64,000 nt of DNA, taken from contig NMRA01000071.1 in NCBI GenBank assembly GCA_002633005.1, positions 1,081,893-1,145,892 on the forward strand. Direction: 5' to 3'. Each line of letters opens with the position of its first letter. Position 1 is the stretch's first letter. A program made the position numbers and the translations under genes. This document shows positions 1 to 13,700 of the stretch, in pieces. The notes under the pieces were generated by a model. It was not told the DNA's origin, ran no database searches, and worked only from the letters and a program-made list of their open reading frames with translations. The DNA is from Phoronis australis (lineage: Eukaryota; Animalia; Phoronida).

Positions 1-177
1 CAGTCACCTAAGAAAATCTGTTTAATCTCCATAGCCCTGTCTGAATTCCATTAATTTTTTTCAAAAATAAAATATATTTGATAATGCACATTGGGAATCT
101 TGAAGCTTATTTTGCTCACAAAAAATATTAGACCAAGACCTGGATTTGAATTGGTCATTAACAAAAGTGTCGTTCGT

Positions 178-1245
178 ATTCTCCGTAGCCCCTGGTGTAT
201 TCTCGGTAGGTCCCAACTTTGAATTGTTCGTACATGGTTTGAAAAAATTTGTATCTAGTTGCATGGACTGAGGAAATAGAAACAAATAAACTCTCCAAGA
301 TAAGAAAAAAAAAGAAATATTTATGAGTGGGATTTGAGGCAAGTTTAGCTATTGAAGTCGTTATTTTTAAAACATGAATGTTCTTTGGTTATTCAGAAGT
401 GTTGGTATTAACAAGTAAATGAATTATATTGCATTGTTCAAGTATTCATCAACTTATAACCAGGTATCGGCATATTTCGTATTCTCCGTAGCCCCCCTCC
501 ATGACCTCTTTGTTATGTGAGATTTATGCATTCAATGTTTCCTGATGATGAAAAGTGCTTTCCTGTATTTCTTTGATGGTAGTTGATGGGAATAGGTACC
601 CCATTGATGGTCACGTGACTCTGATGATAGTTAAGAGCTGAGTATGTCTTAGGATAAAATTTTTATTTCCATTATGTTATATTTTTGTATTTGCACGAGT
701 GTGAAGAAAATTGAGACGGCACTATCTCCCTTTTTCTAAACACAACTTTTTTTCTAATTCAGAAGTAGTTGAATTGACAAGTAAATGGGGCATTTTTTTT
801 GCATTTCTCCAGTATTTTTCTTCCCACCAATAGTTACATGTACCTTCGCATTTTGTATTCTACGTAGCCCCCAACTGGCCTCTGTGTTATGTGAGATTTA
901 TTTGTGCAAACAATGTTTTCTGATAATGAAAAGTGTTTTCTTGTACTTTTTGATGGTAGTTTATGGAATTAGGCATTCCTTTTGACAGTGACGTGACTCT
1001 GATGATAGTTAAGTGTTAAGTATGTCTAAGGATTAAGTACAATTGCTATGTTTTATTTTTTATTTGTATACTCACACCTTGTGAAGTATACATGTACACA
1101 GGTGGGAACCTAGTTTTTTATATTGATGTTCAGTGATCAAGTACATGAGTTACCAGAGTAATAAACTTTCTTGTTCCTAAACCAGATTTAAGTCTTTTCC
1201 AACATGGATGTAACGATACCAATGATGTATTCTCCGTAGCCCACA
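178..1245. repeat. Repeat-structured element fragment: motif ATTCTCCGTAGCCC about 4 times and a ~240 bp direct duplication (about 478-720 vs 857-1090)
   Basis: Motif at about 178, 481, 857 (variant) and 1229; duplicated block TGTTATGTGAGATTTAT...GAAAAGTG...TTTGATGGTAGTT...ACGTGACTCTGATGATAGTTAAG. Confidence 0.7.
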
Positions 1246-1274
1246 TTTCATACTTTAAGAAAGTCTGTCATATG

Positions 1275-2802
1275 CTATAGAGACGTCGCAGAGCGTTGAT
1301 TTGATGAATTCAACTTCCGATTTCACCTGTTTCGGAGACTGTGTTTCAACATCCACTCAGACTATGGGCGATCTTCAAACTAATATAGAACTGATCGACT
1401 CAAAACTGGATCTAATCAACGCCCTAGACAATCGGATATTAGATCTCATTCCAGAAAACGACATAGAAATCGCCATCACTGTGGCCGATTCTTTCAACAC
1501 AGTCCTTTACCGCCAGCGAGCGGCACTTGTGCGTTTTCTCCAAAAACTTTGTATTTACCGCTGCACCCTCTGAATCTGGATCGCACGCGACCGCCTCGCC
1601 GACAGACTTATCATCACCTTCATCCTGAGTTTGCAAACAACACACTCATCTGCCTAAACTCCAACTTCCGAAGTTCAACGGTGACATTCTTACGTGCATC
1701 ACATTCAACGGCGCATTCCACACAGCCGTTCACCCCGATGCCAGACTCACTGACATTCAAAAATTCTAATACCTACAAGCGCAACTCACGGGAGAAGCTG
1801 CCAAAACCATTCCCGCTTTTCGGCACCAAAATGTCTTGAAACGCGTGCGATGGTACGTCTTTACCACCCGCACATGTTAAGATATATCACGGCATAATTC
1901 ACGACCAAATGGAACGGGGGTTTGTCGAAGAAGTTCCCGATGACGACACAACAAATGGGCATTACTTGCCACATCACGCGGTTACCAAAGATACATCCAC
2001 TACGCCCCTTCTTATAGTATACTATCGTAGCGCGAATACTAGGGGCTCCTCGAGCCTTGACGATTGTTTGGACACTGGCGAGTGCCTACTTAATGACCTA
2101 CGTTCCATACTCCTACGTTTCCGAGTACACGAGATCGGAACGTCTAGCGATATTGAGAAGGCTTTCCTCAACATATACAGTAGGATTGCACGAACACGAC
2201 GGCACTTTTACCAAATTTCTGTGGTAGTGTGACCCAGAGAATTCCGAAAGTGATTTCAAGGCCTATCGGTTCGCTTCGATACTTTTTGGGTCAGCAAGTT
2301 GGTCGTTCATATTGAACACTGTACTTAAGCATCACTTCGAGAAAAATGATGTGACTGCGGACGAATATCTATGTTGACAACGTTTTACACAGCGTGCAAC
2401 CTGCTGATGCTGTCAACTGTTAGCAAATAGTGAACAGTCTCCTCGAAAGAGGGGGTTTCCACCTGCGTTCGTGGGCAACCAATGATGCAGAACTCAGACA
2501 AAAAATGATTTCTGACAAACGACACGATTCTCACACCAATGTCAATGTTCTTCGTTTGAAATGGGATATACTCGCGGATAAACTGTTTTACACTGAGAAA
2601 CCACCACCCAACTGTTTGAACTAAACGCGATGTCGTCAGCATTGCGGCATCGTTGTTCGACCCCATCGGATTTCTAGTCGCACCGGTTCATGTATGTGCA
2701 AACTCGTTTATACAAAAACTTTGGACAAAACAAGTGCCGTGTGATGGTGAACTACCAGTATGTTTGAAAGAAGAATGGGACAATATCAGTGGGGAACTCA
2801 CT
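1275..2802 (+). mobile_element. BEL/Pao LTR retrotransposon remnant, 5' part (gag fragment fused by deletion to RT), pseudogenised
   Basis: gag-like LPKLQLPKFNGD...LTDIQKF*YLQAQLTGEAAK (about 1651-1810). RT: GFVEEVP...HYLPHHAV...SLDDCL.TG..LLNDL..ILLRFR...SDIEKAFL; NIYVDNV near 2365-2385; GGFHLRSWATN; FDPIG. Stops and frameshifts present. Confidence 0.9.
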
Positions 2803-5800
2803 TAGTCTCCTACACAGACCCTCGAGGTTGGTTGGGGTCTGCTACAGCGCACTTTTCCATGTGCATTCTTGGAATTTCATTGACTGTTCCGATTTCAAGA
2901 AACAAGGCATTCTATTGGTCAGTTGAATAATAGGTCAAACTAGTTCACCAACATGGCGACTTCCAGTAACGGAAGAATGTCGATGGATTTATAGCTGTTT
3001 AAATCTCTCTGTTCTCGTCAAACTCCCGCATTTCAAAGCTAACGAGTCAAGGAATACATCAGCAGTAACGTATACGAAACATTTAATGATAATTATTATC
3101 TTGTATACTATGCTGTATTCTGAATTGATGTGACATTTTACGAAATAATTTGTGGAAGAGATAGCCATTAGCTGATTAGGCCCTTCACAACAACAGTCAT
3201 TTTAGGCACACTATAGCACCGAATAGCGGGAAAGGAGTAGCTAAGTGGCCACGGAAGATTGCCTCGATCTTTTCAGGGCACACCCTCTCGTATGTTAACA
3301 TGTTCATGTGCGTTATGTAAGCTCCCGTGAATTATTGGGTCAGACTAGGAACCAATATTGGTTCCTAGGGTCAGATAAGGATATGTGCTGAAATACTGCT
3401 ATTCATGACATTGTCATTGTAATGTATAGTACACTGGCATACTTGTCACTACCCACAGAAGTTAGGAGCATAAAAATACAGTCAATGGTCCTAAACACTC
3501 AAACATTAACCAGTCTAGCAAGAGTTTTATAATGACTGACATTGCTTTTGTCGGTACCATTCAGCAGTGCCTCTGTCTCTGACTGCCATCCTACAGTCAT
3601 ACAGAGTATTCAATTATTTCGGAGGGTGTTTGTTGCTGTGAAATTAGGATTATACACACTCTTTTGTATAGTCAGCAAGATAAAACCTCACCCTTTTTTG
3701 AGTTGGAACAGTGATTAAAACTGACCCATTTTGGTGAGAGCCTCAATGGAAGAATCAACTTTTCTGATAACATAATTATGCAAAGTTATTATTTACAGGG
3801 AATTGAATTTCAGCAAAAAGCTCTCTGGGCGGTATTCTTTTTAAAACAACAAACCTCAGTTGCATATGAAACCTTCAGTGGTTTTGGTACTAAAATGGAT
3901 CATTTTGTACAGTTCCAACCAAAAAATTATTTTTTTGTGTGGAATTTATTTGGAAATTCACCCTTTCATGGTGACTTTTGCAATTCCCGAGTCACTGGTC
4001 AGAGTGTCACATTTGGTCATATGAAATCTATGCAAGTCTCCTCTCTCCTGGACCCCGACTGGTCGACTGTTTCATTTTTTCTTTCCACGTTCACATGATG
4101 TCAAGTGTTGTAGAGTTTCAACAATCATCTATTAACATCAGTCTAATTGCAAAACAAGATCTCAGAACCATTCTAAAACATTCTGAAACTACTAAGGTTC
4201 GCTGTTATCAAAGCATCCTGGAGTTAGACATTGTAAGCAAGCGAACTTTAAAAACCTGCCTCCCGTTCAGTAGCGCTAGGACCTCGCTAAAAAGCAAGAC
4301 TTTGCGAGATTACGTGAGATATTGCCGTGTATTTTAAATGAGAACACGTGACTTTGACTAGGTTTTAGCTAGGTCCTAGCGTAGGTCCTAGCGTCTACTG
4401 AACGCACGCCTGGTTCATTAAAATGACTACTAGTAGGTTGCAAAAACATCTCACATTTCAAAATTGGGAGCTCAGGGTACTTCAAAGATTTTAAGCTGGG
4501 TCACTAAACCCAAATTGACAGTTTCTTGTGCGTTACTTGGGTTGGATTGTTATCCAGGCAATAGTCACTGGCAATCCAAATTTTGAGAACAAGTTTTAAC
4601 GCCTGCTATTCAGTGAAAAATAGGTTCCTGTTATACAGTAGAAAACACTGTTTCTCAAAGTGGGGGTGCCCTGTATGTTACTATGACCATTATGTTTTGC
4701 TCTGAGCAACATGATAGTGTTTCATTCTTGTGGTTATGATCTACATAATACAGCAGTGATTTTAGTCAACATTTCGGTCTTTTCGAACAGTTTTTCAAAA
4801 TTACAAATTTGACTCTTACTGAGGGGGCCTCCTCGTGGCAAGAGTTGGGCAGTGTGAAATGCTTCAGAACATTCGCACTGGCAAACACCCTCACGTTGAC
4901 ATCATTAATGTGTTCCTAGAAATAGTATATACCCATAAGCTACAAAACACACAACATGCCAAGAAATTTATCTAACCATTGGGAACTTTATTTTGCTGAT
5001 GTATTGATTAGAAATATGGTTTAGTTTAGCGATAAACTTGAGTACTAAGTCTGGGTATTAACATAGCCGTGGGCGCACAGCAGGGCTATCCCCTCGTCAT
5101 TGCAAACCCTTCCCCTGATAGAAATTCATTCCAGTTTTGTTCTTGCCTAGCTTCCCTGTCCCTGTCCCCTGTTCATGCAGTGCTTCCAAGTTCCCTCACA
5201 TTACAGTCATTGGTTGCCAACAATTTCAAGTTTAGCAACCTCTTGAATAATTCTGACTACACCAGTGATGCTATGGGAATAGGTTACTAAAGACACGACT
5301 GTCATTCAAGTTGCACATTCACTGCCTTGTGAAAGCATAAACCATTATGAAATTAACACCTGGGCCCTGGGTTTGAACTTTTTACTCAGAATTATTTTTG
5401 TTATTTTCTATTCTAGTTTTGTTTGAACTTGAGATAAGTTTCTTTTATTCTATGTGCTTATTGATGGCAATTAATGACCCCAGCATTAGAGCTAAGAGTT
5501 TGAGTAAGAGGTTTTGCTAGAAATCTTGAGTTTTTACTCAAATTTTAGCTCGAATCTATTGGTCATTAATGTGATGATATCGCTCCACATTTTATAGCTA
5601 CTTACGGTTTACTGCCTGATCCATCTTTTGATGTACCCCTTGCCGGAAGTTCAACAATATACATCGTATGCCCTTGTCAGTCAATCATTGTGTTCTTATT
5701 ACAACATTACATGCCATAACCGGCATGACAATTAAGTACTATCTTGATCTCCCAAGAAAGTGGACTAGAAGTGACAAAAACAATTTCGAGTTTGATTTGG

Positions 5801-8503
5801 ATTGAAAGTTTCACTCTAGAGGTGTATTCCCAAAACATGATCGCATAATCCCTTTTCAGGGTTTTAAATCAATCCATACAAGACTGGGCTGGAATCTGTT
5901 TAGCCCAAAAAGCATTTAAATGCTATGTGGAGAATAATAAAACATCTGTACTAAACTGTGTTGAAAAAATGAACCCTTTTGGAGTTCCGTATCCACAAAT
6001 TGTACCATTTTTCTAGCTGCTATTAACCCAACCTCTTTTTAGAATCGCCATGTAACAATATAAGAATGGTCTGGTACAAACAATGTTGGTTTTGGCCAAA
6101 TTAGCAGCAAAAATCACAAGCACTCACATGAAGATTGGCATTGGATTTGGATACTAGTGTCTGATGTCAATCTTCATTTGTGAGCTCGTGATCAGACTCT
6201 TGATCTCGTACTGTTCCTTACTGAGATTACATGTGGTATATTGGCTTCGGTTGAACTGATAGTTTGTTATTGCTTAAGACCTGGTGCAATAACTATGGCT
6301 TTGAGCAATAACAAAGTTTGAATTCTTCCAAGTCCACTAAAGAACAAGTTGAGACAGGGATATATACAGGGCTTGGAATTTTCCTTTTTCGTTTTTATTT
6401 CCTCTTATTCGATTTCCAGCTTCTTTTTCATCGTTTTTTTTTTGGCTAACTTGATTCATGCAAAAACATTTATTTCAGTTTAATTTTACAACACAAAAAT
6501 ATTTCCATCACACAAGCCTATTTGTGAAATGATAGATCACCTGGAAAATTTTCCTCTTATAGTCATTCCAATTCCTGTATATAGTGGTAATTTGTTCAGA
6601 TCAAAATTTATTCTTTTTCACATAAGACGCATTTATAGCAACTTTAAGGGATTTAATTCAAAGGAAATCTGGAAGCTAGAAGACACCATCTGATAAGCGC
6701 ATTCTGAAGAAACAATTGTGCTTGTACTTCCCAAGATGTTCAACTCACATTGTTAGGTATAGGGATAGGGTTCATTTCACCATCCTTGGGCTTTCAGAGT
6801 ACCCTCCTAAAACCATTCCAAGGGGGTACTCCCACAGGTTTATACAAAATACAACACTCAATTGGGTGATTTTTCTCAAACAATTTCTTTTCAAAATTGT
6901 GCTTGAAAAAATCCCTACCAAAGCAAACTTTTTCCCATGAATACAATGGGTTTCACTCTGGAAGTTAAACACACTGTATATGATACCTTTTTCCTACTGC
7001 AAAAGAAACCTGTATTTTTAAAACCTTGGACACCAGACTCATTTTTGACAACAGGAATCCCTGAGCCGACTTCTTCAAGCTTAATGGGTGAAAAAGACAG
7101 CTGTCCAAGAATTATTACGAAAGGATTCAGTTGTTAGCATTAGCTCTTATAAAAAGGTTGTGCATTTGAAACATTAGGCTACAATTTTATTGAAGTCCAA
7201 ACCTCGGACCACAAACAAGGTTTTTTAGCCACTGTCTAAACGGGTGGAGATTCTTCTAGTACCAGATATGCACAAAACTAAAGGTTAGGGCCCATTTGGA
7301 ACAACTCTCGGGTATTTTAGTAGCTACAAATTTACCCTCGGAACATCTGGAGCACCTCGGCTATTTTCCTATTTACATGTACAATTTTTTCTTAGAAACA
7401 CTTCAGGTATTTTCGTAGCCTCAAATATCCTCTCGGAGATGAATGTTATCCAAAATATGGCAAGTCACGTGATTTTCAATCTTGACAATAATAAGGTAAC
7501 TGAAGTCCGCACACATGAAGAGAGCGTTCACCTATTAGGTGAAATTTGAGGTTACGAAAACACCCAAGGTGTTCTGGATGCCCTTGGAAGTTAATGTTTT
7601 CAGTGCATGCTCGAACTTTATGGCCAATCATTCTCCACTAAGTTTGATAATCACGAAGGTTAAATTCACCTCCATTGAGAAGTTTGAGGTCCCGAATATA
7701 CCCAAGGTGATCTGAATGGCTAAGGACCCTCACGTTGTGCGGGGTCCCACCTCAAAAAGGGAAATGGGGAAGAAAAAATTATTATGTCAACGAGGTGAGA
7801 ATTTTGGCTACCTGGAGGGTCAAAAATTGTGTTGTTCTAGGAAGTGAAGACTGTGTAGTCTGCGAAGTGGTGGAAATTGGGTGCCAGCAGTGTCTACTGT
7901 AACACTGTACTAAGACAGATAGGGGGAAGGGGGCGCGGCAAGAGGGCCATGGCCCTGCCTAAAATTCTCCCAGATTCCATTTGCTTGTTTGGGGGTGCAA
8001 ATGTCTGACAGGCAAAATACTCTGCCCTTGCCGCTACCCCCTAACTCAAAATCCTGGATCATCCCCTGCTGTAAGATCTTACAGCAGGGGAGGATCCAGG
8101 ATTTCGGGACGTTTTCAATTCATAAAATGCATTCAAACAATGAAACTGAAAAAATGCCAAGTGAAAAGAGTGAAGCCATTGTTAATTCAGGTTTATTTTC
8201 CTAGTAAAGAAACGTTAATTACATGATTCTACTACAGTTTGTTGGTAATATCACAATATATAAACAGCTACCTCACCAAAGAGTTCCCCCCGACCGCAAA
8301 CTCGACCCAGTCTCAAAATAACTTTTACTCTGGCGACACCTAGCGACCTGAGAACGTAATACCGGATGTTAGCATGCGCAGAGCAAACTTCCTGGTTAAA
8401 AATTGCCAGCTGACAGCCAATGAAAACCATCGTTCTAGTGCGCTGTACCTGGGCCTTCACAAGCAATCCGTGACGTCACTTGTGAGGCCCGGGAACCAGG
8501 TTA
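2803..8503. mobile_element. 5.7 kb non-autonomous DNA element with 10-bp TSD GGAACTCACT and hairpin-bearing ends (KDZ/Zisupton-like assignment is inference)
   Basis: GGAACTCACT at 2793-2802 and 8504-8513. Ends are TAGTCTC... and ...CCAGGTTA; each end has a short hairpin followed inward by TACAGCGCACT. No long ORF. Confidence 0.8.
4254..4412 (+). mobile_element. ~160 bp MITE (copy 1); other copies at about 53619-53760 (+) and 58441-58596 (-)
   Basis: TIR CGTTCAGTAG...CTACTGAACG; shared core AAAAGCAAGAC.TTGCGAGATTAC.TGA.ATATT.CCG.GTATTTT...CACGTGA.TTTGACTA. Confidence 0.8.
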
Positions 8504-9525
8504 GGAACTCACTAAGGTTCGCAACTTGGCTGTGGATCGTCGCTACTTCAGTGACAGCCCATCTACTGCGGAACTTCACGTTTTTACCGACGCTAGTACC
8601 GAAGCGTAGGGTGGTGTGTGTTATCTGAGGTCTGGTCATCATACTAGCATTGTAATGGCCAAAACTCGCGTGAAACCTCTGAAGAACATCACACTACCAC
8701 GACTGGAATTACTAGCTACACTTATTGCTGCACAAATTGCCAACTTTGTGGAGAAATCATTGCTTGATTCTCTGACTATCGTGAAAAAAATTTCTGTGGT
8801 CAGACAGTCAGATTGCCATTCACTGGATATCGGGACACAAGCCTCTGCCTGTGTTCGTTCAAAACCGAGTCAATGAAATCAAATCCGCACAATTTGACTC
8901 AATTAACTACTGCCCCACTATGGACAATCCCTGCGGACTTACTGAGAAGAGGCATCACTACTCAACAGCTGAAACACAATAATTTGTGGTGGAAGGGCCC
9001 ATCCTGGTTACCGCAGGGTGACTGGCCCATCAGCACACTCTCTAACATTGTGGTTACTTTGATCAAAACACGTGCTTCTGATGCAGAAAATCTGGATTGT
9101 GTATGCGACAGCTCGTCTGCGATTCAACTGTCTACTACAACATCAACGGAATTTCATTGTCATGGTCTACAACAAAACATTGTGGAGATGAACCGTTATG
9201 GAACATTAGATAAACTACTCCTTGTGACCGCATATATGTTATTCGAGTGGCTCTCATAACCACAACACTAATCGGATAACAATTGAGGAACTTCGACAAG
9301 CGTGTTTAATGTGGTTACGCAATAAACAAAGTCTGGAATACCGTCGGGAGCTAAAAGCATTAACCGATAATGCTTCGCCCAAAACACCGCTGTTGAAACA
9401 ACTTAACCTATTTCTGGACAAAGACGGACTGATTCGTTCTGCGGGACGATTGCAAAATGCACCAGTGGAGTACGGTGCTAAAAATCCTATTTTACTACCC
9501 CCCAATCATTGTTTCAGCCATCACA
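8504..9525 (+). mobile_element. BEL/Pao remnant, 3' part (RNase H region into pre-integrase region), continuation of 1275-2802
   Basis: ELHVFTDASTEA*GGVCYLR, VMAKTRVKPLKNITLPRLELLA, PADLLRRG, LWWKGPSWL, LFLDKDGLIRSAGRLQNA...KNPILLP. Joins in frame with the 5' part once the insert is removed. Confidence 0.92.
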
Positions 9526-9879
9526 GATATTGGTAATTTCCGTTCTCCGAAGAACCACGTATGTACTGCATAGGCCTATGCCTTTACACAATAGTTAAAT
9601 GCAATTTTGTAAAAACGCTGTACTAACTAAATATAACGTTGTGCTTACGTCGTGTGTTTGATAGGACTAATCGGGAGTGCCCCGGGGAAAAGTTAGCAAA
9701 GAATTTGTCGTTGTTTCACTTAGAATAACTACAAAGAGAGAAACTCAATATGTCAGCAATATTGATGAGTTTGACAAATTAGACTATCTGAATATTAATG
9801 GGATTGTAAGCTGTGAATTGAAAAATTGGCAATAAGACATAGCTAGTAAGTAAACAGCACCCTTCGGGAACCCCTTATC

Positions 9880-10706
9880 TGTTAATGATAGGTCATCGTC
9901 TTCTACCGGAGGAATGGATCAAGTTCGAAAGCAAACCAAGACTCGTCGAGACTTGTCAAACCTAATGCCAGTTCCAAGATAACAAGTAGCTGATCAAGGT
10001 GAGTAAGTTTATCAATACCTTTTTCGTCGCAGATCAACGTTACTTTGAGACTGTCATCGTTCTTTCTGTTTACGAAATCGTGTTCCTTCTCAGGCGGTGC
10101 AATGATCTTAACATTTGTTCCATCAACTTTAGCTATTAAACCGGGAAATTGAGCCACTCAATAGAAAGCGCCCTTTATTTCATTAAGCTTCTGTGGGGTT
10201 GTAAGTAATCTTACAAATCTATTCAAATGTACATATGTATTGCTATTGCAGATGTGACGCTTGTAACCGACAGCGTTCATGACGCTGCCAGTTGCAAGAT
10301 GCCATAGGTACACCAACATTTCAATTAAAGTTGGCAGAGAGAAATTTCTCTTCGTGGCAGGTTTGTTATTTTCACCCACTATACCACAAATAAAACGAAT
10401 ATAAAGTCCAAAACAAATCTTCCCTCTGAACTCTTAATCAGTGAATTTGTTCAGAGGATCTCTAAGTTCTCTCTCAAATTGCCGCTGTCGAAATCTATAG
10501 AGCGATTTCATCTTGATTTGTATGAAAGTTATCCGAGGTCTGATGGACCGGTAACTTGATACGGCGGATAGTGTGATTTATGCGGCGGATAACTAAACGA
10601 TTTTTATGCAACCCAACTTAACCGGTTATACGTCGGATAAGGACTTACATGTATCCGGCGAATAAGACCTTGCACGCCGGGTAGCAAGTTTTATGCAACC
10701 GGGCCC
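9880..10706 (-). mobile_element. PIF/Harbinger transposase remnant (HARBI1-like DDE) with one terminal repeat
   Basis: Minus-strand LVYLWHLATGS and FPGLIAKVDGTNVKIIAP...FVNRK...SL.V.LICD, broken by a stop. The end reads GGGCCCGGTTGCATAAA on the minus strand at 10706, with an internal TTTTATGCAACC copy near 10605. Confidence 0.85.
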
Positions 10707-13700
10707 TGGTGTAATTCATTGGATTTGGATGAGGTACTGTTAATATGATGTATTCATCTGCCAACTGAACTTATTTCGTGATTTTTCTTGATCTTGACAT
10801 ATTCGTGTGGCAGTTGATAAACATACTGCATGAAAATAGACACTCAGTTTGTGTTCTTTGCATTCTCAGGTCTACAATTTTGTAAGTCGTTTGGCGGCCG
10901 CCACTCTTCTGAATCCGCATTTGTCTTTCAGCAGGATAGAACTACAGCAAATAAGTATTCTGTCAAAATAATTCGTCGCCGTTATGACAAATAACTCTGT
11001 TTGCAACAAAATCGTGTTTAGCTAAATTTTAAAATGACTAAGTCATTGGGCTACTAAAAGAACCAGTATGTTAATTCACCTGACTACAAACCATATCTGA
11101 GACTAGCGATGACGAATTCCACATCATCTTGTCTGAATACGTTTAGCGTTTATTTGTTTCCCCAGTTTGTCAGTTGGCAATTCGTGTTTGGGATTAATTT
11201 GCGTACCCATTACCCAGGATATCCATATTAATTCTGTAAATTGAACTTCAATACTTCTGCGTGTCATGACACAGCGCAACAGCATTTTAACCTAACATTG
11301 TTTTTTTGTTTCTAAAAGGATTTTGAGAGCAGATTGGGTATCCATCTCGGGTTTTTGCGATACAAGTATAATAGAATTGGCCGCACATAACAAAACTGGA
11401 TTGGTCACCCCAAGCGACAAACATGAATACATGTAAATGCTCACGTGGTACGAATGAATTCATCACCCAGATCTTTCCATCGCCGTCACACTTGTGATTC
11501 TTTCCTTCGCTGAAGATGAGTGTCTTACTAGAGGTTCCAAAACTGCTGTCGCAGTAGCAAGTGGAGGATATCACGCCCGCCAGTTTCTAGAGCATGTGGA
11601 AGATCTTAAATATTATAAAGTTTCCCGATAGTAATCCTCAGGGCCGATGTTTGTAATACGACAAAGTATAGTTTTCCAGATTTCACCATTTAAGCCCTGG
11701 CTTCTATGGGGGAAATGGTACGAGTGTATATAAACGAAAAATATTGGTGAACACCTTGCTGAATGGGTGAAGGTGAGGGAGGCGTGGTTAAGAGGTCTTA
11801 AGTTAAGTAGTAACCAATTCGGCTATCGCTGTCCACAACGAATAAACACCGGTACACTGCAAGGTCAGTTAAGACTAGCTAGGTGCTGTAATAGACGCTG
11901 GTTGGACACAAAAATGTAAGACTTAACTGGACTTAAGAATTCTTCTAGCTACTTAGTAGAAACTATGTGTTTGTTGTTTGGCTTCTGTGACACGGGTTTG
12001 TGATTGATCTGGATAGGTCATTTTCCTTCTTCTTCTGGTCGGGACTTTCAAACGTACACTGCTTGCCATCACGTTCAAATAAGATTTCATACATTTTCAG
12101 AAAAACCATGCTGTCCAGATCAAAAATACTACGTGAATCGTCACTGTAGCCAGGTCATAGCATAGGCGTAGTGTTTTGCTCAAATTGATAACCGGTTTTG
12201 CTGATTTCAGTTAGTCCGTGTTCTGGCCCTCTTAAATGATCATTGCCCTCTAACGAGAAAGTTGAAAGCAGGAGTAGACTAAAACTTGATACTCCCTGGG
12301 TCACAGATTGTGCATTTTGGTTCTTGGTAGATGGTGTTCTTTTTAGAGGAGGGGGTTAAAGAGTTCCCCACCGGGCTGATTACCTTTTGACCTGTTCCAA
12401 TATTTTATCGACCTTAGTTTCCTCCTGCCCTCCATTCCTGGCGTTTTACCTCTACCTGCACACTACCCACTCGCATCTTCCACCAAATTTTTCACCTCTG
12501 CGTGTCATTTTTAAGTGGAGCCTTCACGCGTATTCTTTATCTCTGTGATTACTTGGCGAAATTCGTTAGAAGCACTACGTACAGTAAAGATGTCAATAAT
12601 AAGTATTTTTTTGTAGAAAATGATCCGCCCTAAATCACTCAACCGTGTGCAGTAAATATTGTGACGTGGGGTTGGGGAATAACACTCCATGATGCAGGCT
12701 ATAAGAGCCCGCAAAGTAAATTACTAGCACGGAGGTCGCCTAGTTGCATCTTTTTCTTTTACATTTAGAAGTTGTAAATTAATACAACTGCACTTTGTTT
12801 AGCGAAGCTGGAAACTATCGCTTAGTTTGTGCTATGCACTTTGCAATAGCTAGAATCGTGCAAAAACTTCTGTAAGAAAGCTTACGGAGGCCAACATTAC
12901 TACATAATAATTTGTCTTTGCTTTGTGGTCTCAAACTCAAGTACCTCCTATTGCCGTTACCTCCTCACATTTTGAGGTAAATTTGCCCCCTCCCCTCTCG
13001 CCGCGCAGTGTCTTCTCACTTCGCTAGTGTTGGAACATACCCTTTGGAAGCAGTCACCAGTTTGAAGATTTTGCTTCATTACCTCTTGAACAGATTGTTA
13101 GTGCTAGAGCTGGATGAGGCAAGACAGTATTTTCTACCCTCTCTCCTTTAACGGAAGGAAACTGCCTAAGAGGGGTTTCCGTGTTAGGCATGAGGCAAAT
13201 GGTGACATTTGATTCAATTATCTGATCACCCTGCTCCTGTTATCGGATAACCTTCCACAATTTTCTTAACTAAAATATTTCAAAGTCATATGGAGTATAG
13301 TGTAAACGAGTATAAAATAAAAACCAAATAATAAAGATATAAAATTAGGTACATTAATATTAAGGTACCGTCTTCTTAAGATTATTAGAACTGTGCTGTT
13401 GATAGCCGCTCGTGGAATAATGCTGCGCGTTATGTTCACTTGTGCGATATAGGGATGACGACAGCGCGCTCACACTGCGCTATTGAAGAACACCGGCGTT
13501 CTTACAAGAATTTCTGTTCTCAATCACCAGATGTCAGCAAGTGTAGATTCGCGAGTACACATATGAATAATAAGATTGTGCAATATGAAAAAAGCGCGCA
13601 GATTGCCACAGGTCGTGGGTCGAGGGGGTCGTGGGTTATATGTCGTGGGGTTGTGGGTTGAGGAGGTCGTGGATGGAGGGGGTCGAGGAGTATGGTGGTC

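Noticed and set aside
11440-11635. Signal-peptide-like frame LSIAVTLVILSFAEDECL...
   Set aside because: No in-frame ATG, no partner exons and no recognisable family.
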